A stretch of 63,066 nucleotides of DNA, filler included. It is 8 parts of 8 records of this genome, joined end to end, with 100 filler letters (N's around TTAATTAATTAA, not from the genome) between each part and the next. Parts side by side here need not be neighbours in the genome. Positions count along the whole stretch, not along the records: positions 18,418 to 25,503 come from SRR31156797_42007; positions 25,604 to 34,109 come from SRR31156797_42031; 6 more parts are not named here. One strand, given 5' to 3'. Under the pieces are notes generated by a model. The model did not search any database, had not been told where the DNA came from, and saw only the letters and a program-made list of their open reading frames with translations. Position 1 is the first letter of the stretch. The number at the start of each line of letters is the position of its first letter. The position numbers and the translations under genes were made by a program. This document shows, one piece after another, positions 19,415 through 29,163 of the stretch.

Positions 19415-20505
19415 TCTACGAGTACCGCCTGATTAACGAGAGGCAGAGGAAAAGTAATGCCGAGTTTCCTTGCTAGCTTCATATTTAAATATACCCTTGC
19501 GACCTTATTGTAGGCAAGTTCAATGGACCCTGGCGATGCCCCCTGCAGGATCTGTAGTGCCTTTTCAGCAGACCATTCCCCCTGCTCTTCCGGCTTAGTG
19601 GCAAGTGTTACCAGCGCGTAGGGTGCCATCCACAGGTCCCAGTTCCCACTGGGCACGACAGTATGCTGAGTTACCAGTTGCTGAGCCTCCAGGTCATCCC
19701 AATCCTCAAGGGCGGCCGAATTACCGATTAAGATCATGTCAGCCTCATCTTGCAGCAGGAGATATTGTTCCTTCCACAACGAGAAGGACGCAACAAATCG
19801 CTTATCAAGCTCGATCCCCAAGTGCTCTTCAAAAAACAGGGCTTCCTTCCTGGCTGAGTTATCGTCACCTTTAAGAAAGGCAACCCGATCACCTTGGGCA
19901 TATCTTTTTATGATATCCAAGATCTGATCAACTAGCTGCACCTCGACCATTCCGGTAACATTAGAACCGGAAAGTCCATATTCTGCAGCGCTCCAGTTAA
20001 CACCGCAAAAAACAACTGGTATATCAGTATTTTTATAATAGGGGACGACAAGGTATTTTACAGCATTGTCATCGGAAGTGATAATCAAATCAGGCTGCCA
20101 TCGCTCTATCACCTGCTTTGCGTGCAAGGCGGCAGTTTTGACAAAAGATTTGTCAGTATTGCGCTTGGTGTCCATGTCGATTATTTTTAGATTAACCAAA
20201 CTGTCAGGTGATGTGAGAACCATGCCCTCTTGACTGAGTGGCACTTTAAACCACGCAGCAATGGAACGGGTTATTCCGTTGGTCCAGGGATAATGAAAAT
20301 GGTAAGAATTCACCAGCACTACCTTTGGCAGTTGATCGCCGCTAAGAGTACTGGCTGCCTTTATTTTCTTGTTTTGCATCTCATCATCAGGGGGAGAGCA
20401 GCCAGAACAGAAAAAACAGAGAAGGCACAGGCAAAAGCACCAATGAACTGAAATAGGTTCCCAACTGGTCTTTGCAGTAATACAAATGTTGTCAAGGTTT
20501 ACCAT
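19411..20505 (-). CDS. ABC-substrate-binding-like periplasmic (lipo)protein
   Basis: VNSYH..WT, MDTKRN, PDLIITSDDNA, PVVFCGVN, EQGEWSA; 4-nt overlap with the sensor gene; start uncertain. Confidence 0.75.
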   Translation of the reverse strand: MVNLDNICITAKTSWEPISVHWCFCLCLLCFFCSGCSPPDDEMQNKKIKAASTLSGDQLPKVVLVNSYHFHYPWTNGITRSIAAWFKVPLSQEGMVLTSPDSLVNLKIIDMDTKRNTDKSFVKTAALHAKQVIERWQPDLIITSDDNAVKYLVVPYYKNTDIPVVFCGVNWSAAEYGLSGSNVTGMVEVQLVDQILDIIKRYAQGDRVAFLKGDDNSARKEALFFEEHLGIELDKRFVASFSLWKEQYLLLQDEADMILIGNSAALEDWDDLEAQQLVTQHTVVPSGNWDLWMAPYALVTLATKPEEQGEWSAEKALQILQGASPGSIELAYNKVARVYLNMKLARKLGITFPLPLVNQAVLVE

Positions 20506-20768
20506 AACTGCTCACCACTTCTCCTCGTACTGCAAGATACACGGATACGACAGTACAGCTGGTCAACATAAATTTGGAGCATATTGCTGTCGACTTTTCC
20601 GGCCAGCTATTTATATTCTTGCAAATATAACCCTGAAGATCAAGAAATCGAATTTTTTTTCTATCAAGAGAGGACCTTCAGCATTTACAAAGCTCCCAAA
20701 AGACGCTCAATAAACGCCAGCTCTCTCCCCACTCACAACAGGCACTTATTAACGACAACAGCTGCTCC

Positions 20769-21929
20769 ATGAATCTTCAAACTGCCCTGCGCACCCTTAA
20801 ACTTAACAGCCAAGCAACCCGTGACGATGTCAAACAAGCCTATAGAAGACTTGCTGCACAGTGGCACCCAGATCTTCACGCTCAAAATCCCAAAATGGCT
20901 CCCAAGGCAGTTAAAAAGATGCAGGAACTTAACAGCGCCTACGCCATTGCCCTTGGCAGTTTAGGCTCACTGCCCTCTGGTACTGCAAAAAAAAACACAG
21001 CATCCCCCACAGTATCTTTCAATTCAAGATTTACTCTTTTCCTGCTCAGCGTGGTTGGTTTTCTCGCACTAGTCGCCCTGCTTTTTTTCCTTTATTACAG
21101 CCGCTCCACAGACAAAACCAGTATACCCAGCCCAAGTCGGGCTCATTCAACAATTAAAGGTCACCCCCGCCAGATATTCAAGTCCATTGATTTCCAACAC
21201 TTCAATCAGGATATCCTCAAAAATGCGCAACTCCACCTTGCGACCATCGGTTTCCCGACGGGAAAAATTGATGGCATTTTCGGCCCTCAATCCATTGCAG
21301 CCATAAATAGTTTTCATACCGCCTTTTCCTCACTCACCACCTTCGATACACCCGAAATTTTGCTGCGTATCTTGGCTGTGCATGCACAGATAGCAACTGC
21401 CCACCCGAATTGGCTGTCAATCGTGCAATCAGATGATTTCCATACTTGGCTTGCCAGGCCAAGCATCAGTGCCCAAAAACAGGAAAGGAGTTTGGGCACA
21501 GTACCGCAACTAACCCACCTGCTTAACAGCTATACCTTTGCAACCACTATGCCTGCAGCACAGCCACTCCCCCTGACAGAATCACTTTGGCAGAATGCGG
21601 CCTCACCTACTACCAAAACAATGACACTCGTTGGTAAAGCATCACCCAAGCAGCATAGTTTTATCAAACTGATATCCGCTGAATCCAAGCAAGAACTTAT
21701 GTATGCTTTTATACGCCAAGGTGACCAGTTAACTCTTCCCTGGCCAGAAAAAAAATGTCTCCTCAAAATGGCAACAGGCGAACAATGGTATGGTAAGCGT
21801 TTTCTGTTTGGCCCGAAAACAGAACACGGCAGTGCAGTGGTTGAACCTAGAAAAGGTAACAGCCACATCACCCTTCACCTCTCTACCCTTGCGACCGACA
21901 AGGCGATGACACCAGAAGATTCTTTTTAA
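20769..21929 (+). CDS. J-domain protein with TM, peptidoglycan-binding-like domain and uncharacterised C-terminal domain
   Basis: VKQAYRRLAAQWHPD..MQELNSAY; TM near aa 88-110; AQLHLATIGF..GKIDGIFGPQSIAAINSF; C-terminal ATGEQWYG..FGP. Confidence 0.82.
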   Translation: MNLQTALRTLKLNSQATRDDVKQAYRRLAAQWHPDLHAQNPKMAPKAVKKMQELNSAYAIALGSLGSLPSGTAKKNTASPTVSFNSRFTLFLLSVVGFLALVALLFFLYYSRSTDKTSIPSPSRAHSTIKGHPRQIFKSIDFQHFNQDILKNAQLHLATIGFPTGKIDGIFGPQSIAAINSFHTAFSSLTTFDTPEILLRILAVHAQIATAHPNWLSIVQSDDFHTWLARPSISAQKQERSLGTVPQLTHLLNSYTFATTMPAAQPLPLTESLWQNAASPTTKTMTLVGKASPKQHSFIKLISAESKQELMYAFIRQGDQLTLPWPEKKCLLKMATGEQWYGKRFLFGPKTEHGSAVVEPRKGNSHITLHLSTLATDKAMTPEDSF

Positions 21930-22074
21930 AATTTGTGAAGGCAGCACTTGCACGATTGCCATTTTCCGCTGAAAGATCTCACTTTTTGCACCTTCAGGGT
22001 AACTAGCCACTATTACATAACAGGAGCGTTCGGGCGAGGTAAGGACTCTGAGTATGTTCAAAGAAGATGACCAA

Positions 22075-22102
22075 TTGACAAATAAAAAATATTTGCTATA
22101 AA
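22075..22102 (+). promoter_or_regulatory. sigma70-type promoter of the TrpR-like/SphA operon
   Basis: TTGACA at 22075-22080, 16 bp, TATAAA preceded by TGn. Confidence 0.55.
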
Positions 22103-22136
22103 CACATTGTTTCTACTCACAGAAACGAAGGCGACT

Positions 22137-22424
22137 ATGAATTCACCATACGAACTGGCACAAGTACTGGCCGATATTGACGACACTACCCTCATGAACA
22201 GGTTTCTTGAGGAAATTCTGACACCGAGTGAAAAAAAAGATATCTCCCTTCGCTGGCAGCTGCTGAAAGATCTCCATGCCGGGAAGACGCAAAGGGATAT
22301 TGCTGCAGAATATCGCATCAGTTTATGCAAGATTACCAGGGGATCAAAAATCCTCAAAAATGACAAATCCGTTACCAGGGAGCTGCTGCAACGCTATGAT
22401 GAGAAGGGAGAGAAGAAACAATGA
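22137..22424 (+). CDS. TrpR-family repressor (TrpR/YerC-like)
   Basis: [36 protein letters not shown]; start re-assigned to ATG 22137. Confidence 0.85.
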   Translation: MNSPYELAQVLADIDDTTLMNRFLEEILTPSEKKDISLRWQLLKDLHAGKTQRDIAAEYRISLCKITRGSKILKNDKSVTRELLQRYDEKGEKKQ

Positions 22425-23380
22425 AAAGAAATAATTTGACCAGGCAGATGATGCTGTTTTGTGCAGCATCGCTCTTGTTAGTACCGTCTGCCATGGCCTA
22501 TGAACTCCCGGCAGTAAACCTGGGATTTACCTCCTTCATGGATGGCGGGCCTCCAGCCGGCCCTGGGGTCTATTTTACCCAGTACCTCCAGTATTATACT
22601 GCCGATTCATTGATGGACGGTAATGGAAATGAGCTGGCCCTTCCCGAGCCAGACCTTGATGGCTGGATCAGTTTATCGCAGTTCATCTATCAGTCAGACC
22701 AGGAGCTGCTCTGGGGAGGAAAATGGGGCGTAGACGTCATCATTCCCTACGTTTCCATGGGCCTTGAGTACAGCGAGAACAATCCTATGCTGCCTCAGGC
22801 CAACAATGCGGGCTTCGGAGACATTCTGGTAGGCCCATTTTTACAGTGGGATCCGATCATGGGTGCCAATGGTCCCAAATTCATGCACCGTGTAGAGCTG
22901 CAGATGCTTTTTCCCACCGGTAAGTATGATCAGGACAAATCCATTAACCCGGGCAGTAATTTCTTTTCTTTCAACCCCTACTGGACCGGCACCTACTTTG
23001 TTACCCCTCAGTGGACAGTTACAAGTCGTATCCACTATCTCTGGAACGCAGAAAACGACGACCCGCACGCATCTTACGGACCGGTGGATGACATTCAGGC
23101 CGGCCAAGCCATACATCTCAATTTTTCGACTGCCTACGAGGTGCTGCCCAAGCAACTTCGGATCGGCATCAACGGCTATTATCTAAAACAGATCACAGAA
23201 AGTGAAGCTGATGGCAATGACCTGGAAAACAGTAAAGAACAGGTCCTGGGTATTGGCCCAGGCGTAGTGTGGCACATTTCACAAAATGATCACCTCTTCT
23301 TTAATGCCTACTGGGAAACCAATGCTGAAAACCGCCCTGAAGGAAGTCGCTACAACCTGCGCTGGGTGCATCATTTTTAA
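22421..23380 (+). CDS. SphA/MetA (phenol-degradation MetA-like) outer-membrane beta-barrel channel
   Basis: Signal peptide ending [52 protein letters not shown], terminal F. Confidence 0.85.
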   Translation: MKRNNLTRQMMLFCAASLLLVPSAMAYELPAVNLGFTSFMDGGPPAGPGVYFTQYLQYYTADSLMDGNGNELALPEPDLDGWISLSQFIYQSDQELLWGGKWGVDVIIPYVSMGLEYSENNPMLPQANNAGFGDILVGPFLQWDPIMGANGPKFMHRVELQMLFPTGKYDQDKSINPGSNFFSFNPYWTGTYFVTPQWTVTSRIHYLWNAENDDPHASYGPVDDIQAGQAIHLNFSTAYEVLPKQLRIGINGYYLKQITESEADGNDLENSKEQVLGIGPGVVWHISQNDHLFFNAYWETNAENRPEGSRYNLRWVHHF

Positions 23381-23410
23381 AATCGATTTAACACAACACT
23401 GCCAAAATTT

Positions 23411-23444
23411 AAAAAGCTGACTCTTATCGGAGTCAGCTTTTTTT
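23411..23444. terminator. Bidirectional intrinsic terminator
   Basis: AAAAAGCTGACTC-ttatcg-GAGTCAGCTTTTTTT. Confidence 0.85.
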
Positions 23445-23574
23445 ATGTACACCAGCTTTTTTACAGACCACACAACTCTGGTTAACGCTTTTGCAGGATC
23501 TTCGTTTGGTTTATATCGCCACAATTTTGATCAAAACAACTCCGTAATACGAAAGAATGAGGAATGCGGTAGTC

Positions 23575-23755
23575 AAACTCAGCCATAAGCATGGGAAGAC
23601 CATAAAATAATATAGCAACCAGATACACCAAAACAAAGGCACCGCCACCGTTCATTCCTGCAATACAAAAAAAGTTTCCATATATTTCCAGGGCCAACTA
23701 CTGATCCTACAGCGGCTAGAATAGAACCAAGACCACCACTCCAATGAGTACGCAT
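23575..23755 (-). pseudogene. N-terminal remnant of an NSS (SNF) sodium-dependent transporter
   Basis: AAGGAGG then MRTHWSGGLGSILAAVGSVVGPGNIWK, frameshift, then AGMNGGGAFVLVYLVAILFYGLPMLMAEF; similarity stops after ~60 codons. Confidence 0.8.
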
Positions 23756-24206
23756 TACGATCCTCCTTTAATCAAAGAGTACGAAAGGCGCGCCTTTGTA
23801 GATCAAAGTTTGACCACGTCAACATTTTCACACGTACTTTATGTCCCCCCAATCTCCATCTCACGTTTCCCAAAAAAAGATAATCGATCTGCAGCAATAC
23901 AATTACCTCACCAAAAACACCACTGTTCACCATGCTTATAACAACATCATTTTAAGCTGCTCTGATTCATAAATCTTCCTCGCCCATCAGTCGAAGGGAT
24001 AATGAAAAAGAAAGTTCTGCAGTTATCAAGTATGGGTAACATTCGTGTTTTTACCGGCCCCACCTTGATTTCACAAAAGTGGCTCGGCTATAATTATTGA
24101 GATGGTTGGATACTAGCAAAAAAATGCAACAGAAATTTGACAAAATATTTTCAGGAACGCATGATACGACTTTGTGGTTCATTCACTCAATAATAAGGAG
24201 TCTAAA

Positions 24207-25503
24207 ATGCTTAATCGCTTTTCTGTAAAAGGCAGAATGTTTCTCATAGTAGGTGCAATATTATTCCTCTTTGCTGTCATGGTATTTTTCACCATGCAAC
24301 TCGGTAAAAAAATAGAGGATTTAGGGGTCAGCAAAACCGGTGAAATTATGCTGGCCGACCAAAAAGCGAAGCTCAAAGTGGCGGGGCACTCAATAGCACT
24401 CGCACTGGGAAATACTATTTCTAAAGCAGGCACCCTCGACGAAAAAATAGAAATAATTCGTCAAGATATCGATAACATCCGATTTGAAGATGATAAATCC
24501 GGTTACTACTTCGTATACAACAAGACAACAAATATCGCCCTCCCTCCCAAAAAAGAATTCCAGGGCAATGACTTGGGAGGATTAAAAGATAAAAATGGGG
24601 TGTATCTTGTCCGGGATCTGTATAAAAAAGCTTCGGCCGGTGGAGGGTTTGTTGAGTATATCTGGGCCAAACCGCAGGCTGGAGATGTGCCAAAATTAAG
24701 CTACGCTGAAATGATACCCGGAACAGACATGTGGGTTGGTACGGGTGTTTACCTGGACAACATAACCCAAAACCAGGCTGCAATGGCATCCGAGATTTCA
24801 AGTCGTGTCAAAAAAGAGCTTATTACTATGCTTATAATTTCAGGAGCAATTTTTCTTGGTATAATTACCCTCAGCATGGTAATCGCCCTCGGCCTTGTAA
24901 GTCGCCTCAAAATGATGGTCGTTAACTTCCAGGATATAGCAGAAGGTGAAGGCGATTTAACAAAACGTATAGATATCAAGTCAAACGATGAAATCGGTGA
25001 ACTGGCGGGGTGGTTCAATACTTTTATCGAAAAATTACAGGGCATTGTTAAACAGATCGCGGAGAACTCCACAAATGTAAGCTCCAGCTCCAACATGCTG
25101 ACAGGAATATCAAAAAATCTTTTAGAAAATTCTGGAGATACTTCACAGCGCGCAACAAACGTTGCCGCTTCCTCCGAAGAAATGAGTGCGAATTTAAGTA
25201 GTGTAGCTGCAGCCATGGAAGAGTCAGCGACCAATGCCAACATGGTTGCTGTTGCTGCAGAAGAGATGAGTTCCACAATTAATGAGATTGCTGAAAACGC
25301 AGAAAGAGCGCGAGGGGTTTCTCTTGATGCTGTTAATCAAGCGAAGGAAGCTTCTGTTTTTATGGACGAACTCGGTACAGCTGCCAATGAAATCGGTAAA
25401 ATGACCGAAACTATTACCGAAATATCTGAACAGACTAACCTGCTGGCGTTAAATGCAACCATTGAAGCTGCACGAGCAGGAGAGGCGGGCAAGGGTTTTG
25501 CTG
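24207..25503 (+). CDS. Methyl-accepting chemotaxis protein (Cache-HAMP-MA), 3'-truncated
   Basis: [28 protein letters not shown] Cache; [36 protein letters not shown]. Confidence 0.95.
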
Positions 25504-25603
25504 NNNNNNNNNNNNNNNNNNNNNNNNNNNNNNNNNNNNNNNNNNNNTTAATTAATTAANNNNNNNNNNNNNNNNNNNNNNNNNNNNNNNNNNNNNNNNN
25601 NNN
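25504..25603. other. Artificial contig spacer
   Basis: N44-TTAATTAATTAA-N44. Confidence 0.98.
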
Positions 25604-25885
25604 GTTCAGATTGTCCATGAATTGAGTCAGGTCCGCATTTAACTGGTTGGACACGGCTTTCAGTTCGGCCCGGGTGCTCTTTCGACGGTCCGAATTGGAA
25701 GATTCCAGGTCCGCCTTGAATTGACCCAGATCGCGCCTCAATTCTTGACCCATCTCGTTGCGGTCTTTTTCGAATTCACCCAACATCTCTTCGGTGTTCT
25801 CCCGCAGCTTTTCTACCCCTTGCACCCTCTCCTCATAGGCATTGGCAATCTCTTCCGCCAGTCTTCTCATTTGGTCTGCTAACAT
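25604..25885 (-). CDS. GvpC-like acidic amphipathic helical protein, 3'-truncated
   Basis: AAGGAGG SD; all-helical with periodic L..F (MLGEF, DLGQF, DLTQF); lies in the gvpA gene run. Confidence 0.55.
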
Positions 25886-26082
25886 TTTTGTCCTCCTTCA
25901 TGGATGATGGCAAAAGACATGCTTGAGATTATCGTTCAAAAAAAAGGGGCCAAATGCGCCTCAATCTCATCTTCAAGGACGTCCTGTTAGGTTGGCTTTT
26001 GCGAATCTGATCTTTGCGAATGCAGATTGGCGAATACTGGATATCGGTTTTTTAATATTGCTTTTGGGATGCCCCCGACTCA

Positions 26083-26715
26083 TTAATGGCCCGGGACCAC
26101 CGTTTGCCATTGGCTCCGGACCTTGTCTCGCACCATGGCCAGTTCTTCCAGCATCCGGCCGAACTGGTTGTCCCTGACGCCCTGTTGCGCCCTGAGAGAG
26201 TTGAGCATGACCTTGAAGTCCCTGACCCTTACGGATTCTCCCTTTTCCAGGAGTTTTTTAAGGGCGACCTTCAGTTCTTCCTGTTCAATCTGGATGCGTT
26301 TAAGAACCTGGATAATCCCTGTTTCCCGTTCCTTTTGTCGTTTCAGGATGTCTTCCCTGATGGCTTCCATATCCTCCAGCCTGGAACAGCCCCCTGAGGC
26401 GATGACTTTTCTGAGCCGGTCAACCATTCCCATCTCTTCTTCCTGGAAACGGTTGAAGACATTTTTCGCCTCCTTTTCCCGGGATAGCCGTCTTTCCGTG
26501 AGATCGGCCATCATGCGGTCAAAGTCCTTTTTCCTGAGGCTTTCCGTTCTGGCAAGGTTATCTCTCAAACGAATGATCATGTCTTCCAGTTCCGTTTGAA
26601 AGCTTCTGAGAAAATGATAGGACTGTTCCATCAACCCGTTTACGGTTTTTATTCGCATCTCATAGGAATCTATGATGCTGTAAGCCAGTGTTTTCAGGTC
26701 TTCTCCGGTTCCCAT
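26083..26715 (-). CDS. Gas-vesicle-cluster coiled-coil hypothetical protein
   Basis: GAGGTG SD; 210 aa charged helical protein directly downstream of gvpA; N-terminus resembles that of the next gene. Confidence 0.75.
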   Translation of the reverse strand: MGTGEDLKTLAYSIIDSYEMRIKTVNGLMEQSYHFLRSFQTELEDMIIRLRDNLARTESLRKKDFDRMMADLTERRLSREKEAKNVFNRFQEEEMGMVDRLRKVIASGGCSRLEDMEAIREDILKRQKERETGIIQVLKRIQIEQEELKVALKKLLEKGESVRVRDFKVMLNSLRAQQGVRDNQFGRMLEELAMVRDKVRSQWQTVVPGH

Positions 26716-26960
26716 CTTTCACCTCATTATAACAAAAAAACCGCAAATAACTCGGACAATTACGCGCAACTTCCATACATAGAAGGGAGCATTGTCAGAC
26801 TTATTTACGGTCTTCCAAAAATACAGCCGGAGATTTCAGATATGCTTAAGACTTCCGTGCCGAAATTCTTTTCCTGACGGGGAGGGGTTTAGAACGCCTC
26901 GCCGATCTCAAGGATACCTGGCAATCTCCCTTCAAGTTTTTTTAATCAGGGATAAAGGGT

Positions 26961-27164
26961 CTATGCGGTCGCGGTGAGTCCCACGGCCTCGGCATATTTC
27001 AGATAAGTTTCAACACCGGCGACCACGACCCTTGCTTCCACGGCCAGGAGTTCGATCCCCACCAGGGAAACCCTTGCCCATGCATCGACAACCACGCCCT
27101 TGTCCAGAATTCTGTCAACCACCTCGGCCAGACTTGAAGAAGCCATTGCTTTTTCCATTGCCAT
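26961..27164 (-). CDS. gvpA: Gas vesicle structural protein GvpA
   Basis: [56 protein letters not shown], the canonical GvpA sequence; AAAGGAG SD. Confidence 0.97.
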   Translation of the reverse strand: MAMEKAMASSSLAEVVDRILDKGVVVDAWARVSLVGIELLAVEARVVVAGVETYLKYAEAVGLTATA

Positions 27165-27234
27165 GATGAATCTCCTTTCTCATTCTAGGGTTTTAGATAT
27201 ACATAATTGTCCATTGTCCATGTCCATCATGACT

Positions 27235-27250
27235 TGCATTTGTCGTGCCA
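27235..27250 (-). promoter_or_regulatory. sigma54 (-24/-12) promoter for gvpA
   Basis: Minus strand TGGCACGACAAATGCA: GG-N10-GC with a TGGCAC -24 box, 70 bp upstream of the gvpA ATG. Confidence 0.78.
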
Positions 27251-27602
27251 TAATCGTTGCTGTTTTTATCTATTTGGATTTGATGATATAATTTGCCACC
27301 CGGTTTAATGTGCCAGCATTTGGGGCGTGGTAGGGTATGGCATTGCACCCCCAATTAGGGCATGGATGCCATAAGTGGGAGGCTGGTGCGATGAATCATA
27401 AGGAGAAATGATTTCAAAAAGAAACTTTTTTGTGTTGACTCAATTCCACTGTGTTCTTATAATGACCGTTGAATTTTCCGAAATCATATAACCCTCTATT
27501 TTTGTTCCTTATCACCTGGTCTTCTGTCAAAAAAAACAAGAAGTTCGTTGGCTAAAAAACCTAAAATCTAAAATTTAAATCAGACGAAATCCTTCCGGGC
27601 CT

Positions 27603-28523
27603 TTGGACACGTCGGTTTCTCAAATGGACAGTTTGCCTCAATTCAAAGACGGTCTGGCGGATATTCGAAAAGACCGGGCCGGTCTTCGGAATCTGGTGGC
27701 GTATATCCATCATGAGCGCGGGATTGATTTCAGCGGTTATATGGAATCCACCCTCGCCCGCAGGATCGCGGTTCGGGTCAATGCCCGGGGGGCGAAAAGC
27801 TTTGCCGGATATGAGAAGGTCCTGGAAAAAGATCCGGCGGAGTATTCGCGGCTCCTGGACCATCTTACCATCAATGTGAGCCGGTTTTTCAGGAACAGGG
27901 GTGCCCTGGAAACCCTGGTGCGGGTGTTGCTTTCCCTTCGCAAAACCGATCCGCATCGGCCCATCAGCATCTGGAGCGCCGGATGTGCCACGGGTCAGGA
28001 GCCTTTTTCCATCGCCATGCTTCTGGATAGGCAACTGGGGGATTCGGCGCGGGAGGGCGTCAGCATACTGGCCACGGACATTGATGGGGAAGCCCTGAAA
28101 TCTGCCCGGAAAGGGGTGTTCGGCAAAGAACAGGTTCAGGATGTGCCGTCGCAAATGCTGGAACAGTATTTTGACGGGGGAAAAAGCGGCTATCAAGTCA
28201 AAGAGCGCTTGAGGCAATGGGTTGATTTTCAGCACCATAACCTTTTATATGACAAACCGCCCGGGGCCGTGGACGTGGTGGCGTGCCGCAATGTATTGAT
28301 CTATTTTCGAATACCCGTTCAGGTACAGGTGGTTTGGAATTTCCATGGGGCCCTGAAAGCGGGGGGGGTTTTGCTCCTGGGGCGATATGAGATGCTGGGT
28401 CGGGAAACGCGGCATGGATTCAGGGCCGTGGATTTCGACGCAAGGTTGTATGAGAAGCAGGCTGTGAACGGAGGACGGAAGTGGGCGACCAATGGCCAAA
28501 CTATACCCATTACCCTATATTAA
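27603..28523 (+). CDS. cheR: CheR-type protein-glutamate O-methyltransferase
   Basis: GIDFSGY..TLARRI, LTINVSRFFRN, IWSAGCATGQEPFSIAM, ILATDID, CRNVLIYF; exact start uncertain. Confidence 0.93.
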   Translation: MDTSVSQMDSLPQFKDGLADIRKDRAGLRNLVAYIHHERGIDFSGYMESTLARRIAVRVNARGAKSFAGYEKVLEKDPAEYSRLLDHLTINVSRFFRNRGALETLVRVLLSLRKTDPHRPISIWSAGCATGQEPFSIAMLLDRQLGDSAREGVSILATDIDGEALKSARKGVFGKEQVQDVPSQMLEQYFDGGKSGYQVKERLRQWVDFQHHNLLYDKPPGAVDVVACRNVLIYFRIPVQVQVVWNFHGALKAGGVLLLGRYEMLGRETRHGFRAVDFDARLYEKQAVNGGRKWATNGQTIPITLY

Positions 28524-29142
28524 ATTCAAGTCATTGCGCGGGAAGACCCTGCATAAAACCCGCAACCTCCACCGCCTTCCCCCCGAAAAGGTGGTGGTCA
28601 TGGGCGCTTCCGCCGGTGGCCTTGACGCCCTGTGTACCGTTATGAGAACCCTGCCGGATGGATTGCCCCTGACCGTTCTGGTTTTGCAGCACCTGAGGGA
28701 GGGGCATAACACCCACCTGGCCGATATCCTCGGCCGCAGTACCCGTCTGGCGGTACGTGAGGCGGAACCGGGGGTGCTTCTGGAAAAGGGCGTCGTATAT
28801 GTGGCCGTTCCCGGAAAACACCTGCTGGTCCGGGACCGACGGATTGTTCTGGGAAACGGACTTCCGGTGCGGCATGTGAAGCCTTCCGTGGACGTGCTCT
28901 TTAAATCGGTCGCCGCCATTTGGGGACCCGCCGTCATGGGGATTATCCTTTCGGGTACGGGGAGCGACGGCGCCGCCGGATGCCGGGCCGTAAAGGCGGC
29001 GGGCGGCGTGATCATGGCCCAGGACCCGGGCGAAGCCGCCTTTTCCGGCATGCCCGAGGCCGCCGTGAAGACCGGCTGCGTGGATCATGTGCTGCCCGCG
29101 GGGGAGATCGGGGAGAAGATTGCGGCGTTGACAGTCCAATAA
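28492..29142 (+). CDS. cheB: CheB-type methylesterase without a receiver domain
   Basis: GASAGG (Ser), LQH (His), KPSVDVLF, LSGTGSDGA (Asp), GMPEAA; no N-terminal REC. Confidence 0.92.
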   Translation: MAKLYPLPYIKFKSLRGKTLHKTRNLHRLPPEKVVVMGASAGGLDALCTVMRTLPDGLPLTVLVLQHLREGHNTHLADILGRSTRLAVREAEPGVLLEKGVVYVAVPGKHLLVRDRRIVLGNGLPVRHVKPSVDVLFKSVAAIWGPAVMGIILSGTGSDGAAGCRAVKAAGGVIMAQDPGEAAFSGMPEAAVKTGCVDHVLPAGEIGEKIAALTVQ

Positions 29143-29163
29143 CCAACCAAGGAGGCATCCATC

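Noticed and set aside
27310-27382. Possible enhancer (UAS) sites upstream of the gvpA sigma54 promoter
   Set aside because: The CC..GGG-type imperfect palindromes are too degenerate to support by eye.
28492-28590. CheB N-terminal HRLPP resembling the KRLPP motif of the new kinase domain
   Set aside because: The match is too short and the CheB start is uncertain.
24207-29142. MCP as the substrate of the nearby CheR/CheB
   Set aside because: They are on different contigs separated by a spacer and differ in composition.
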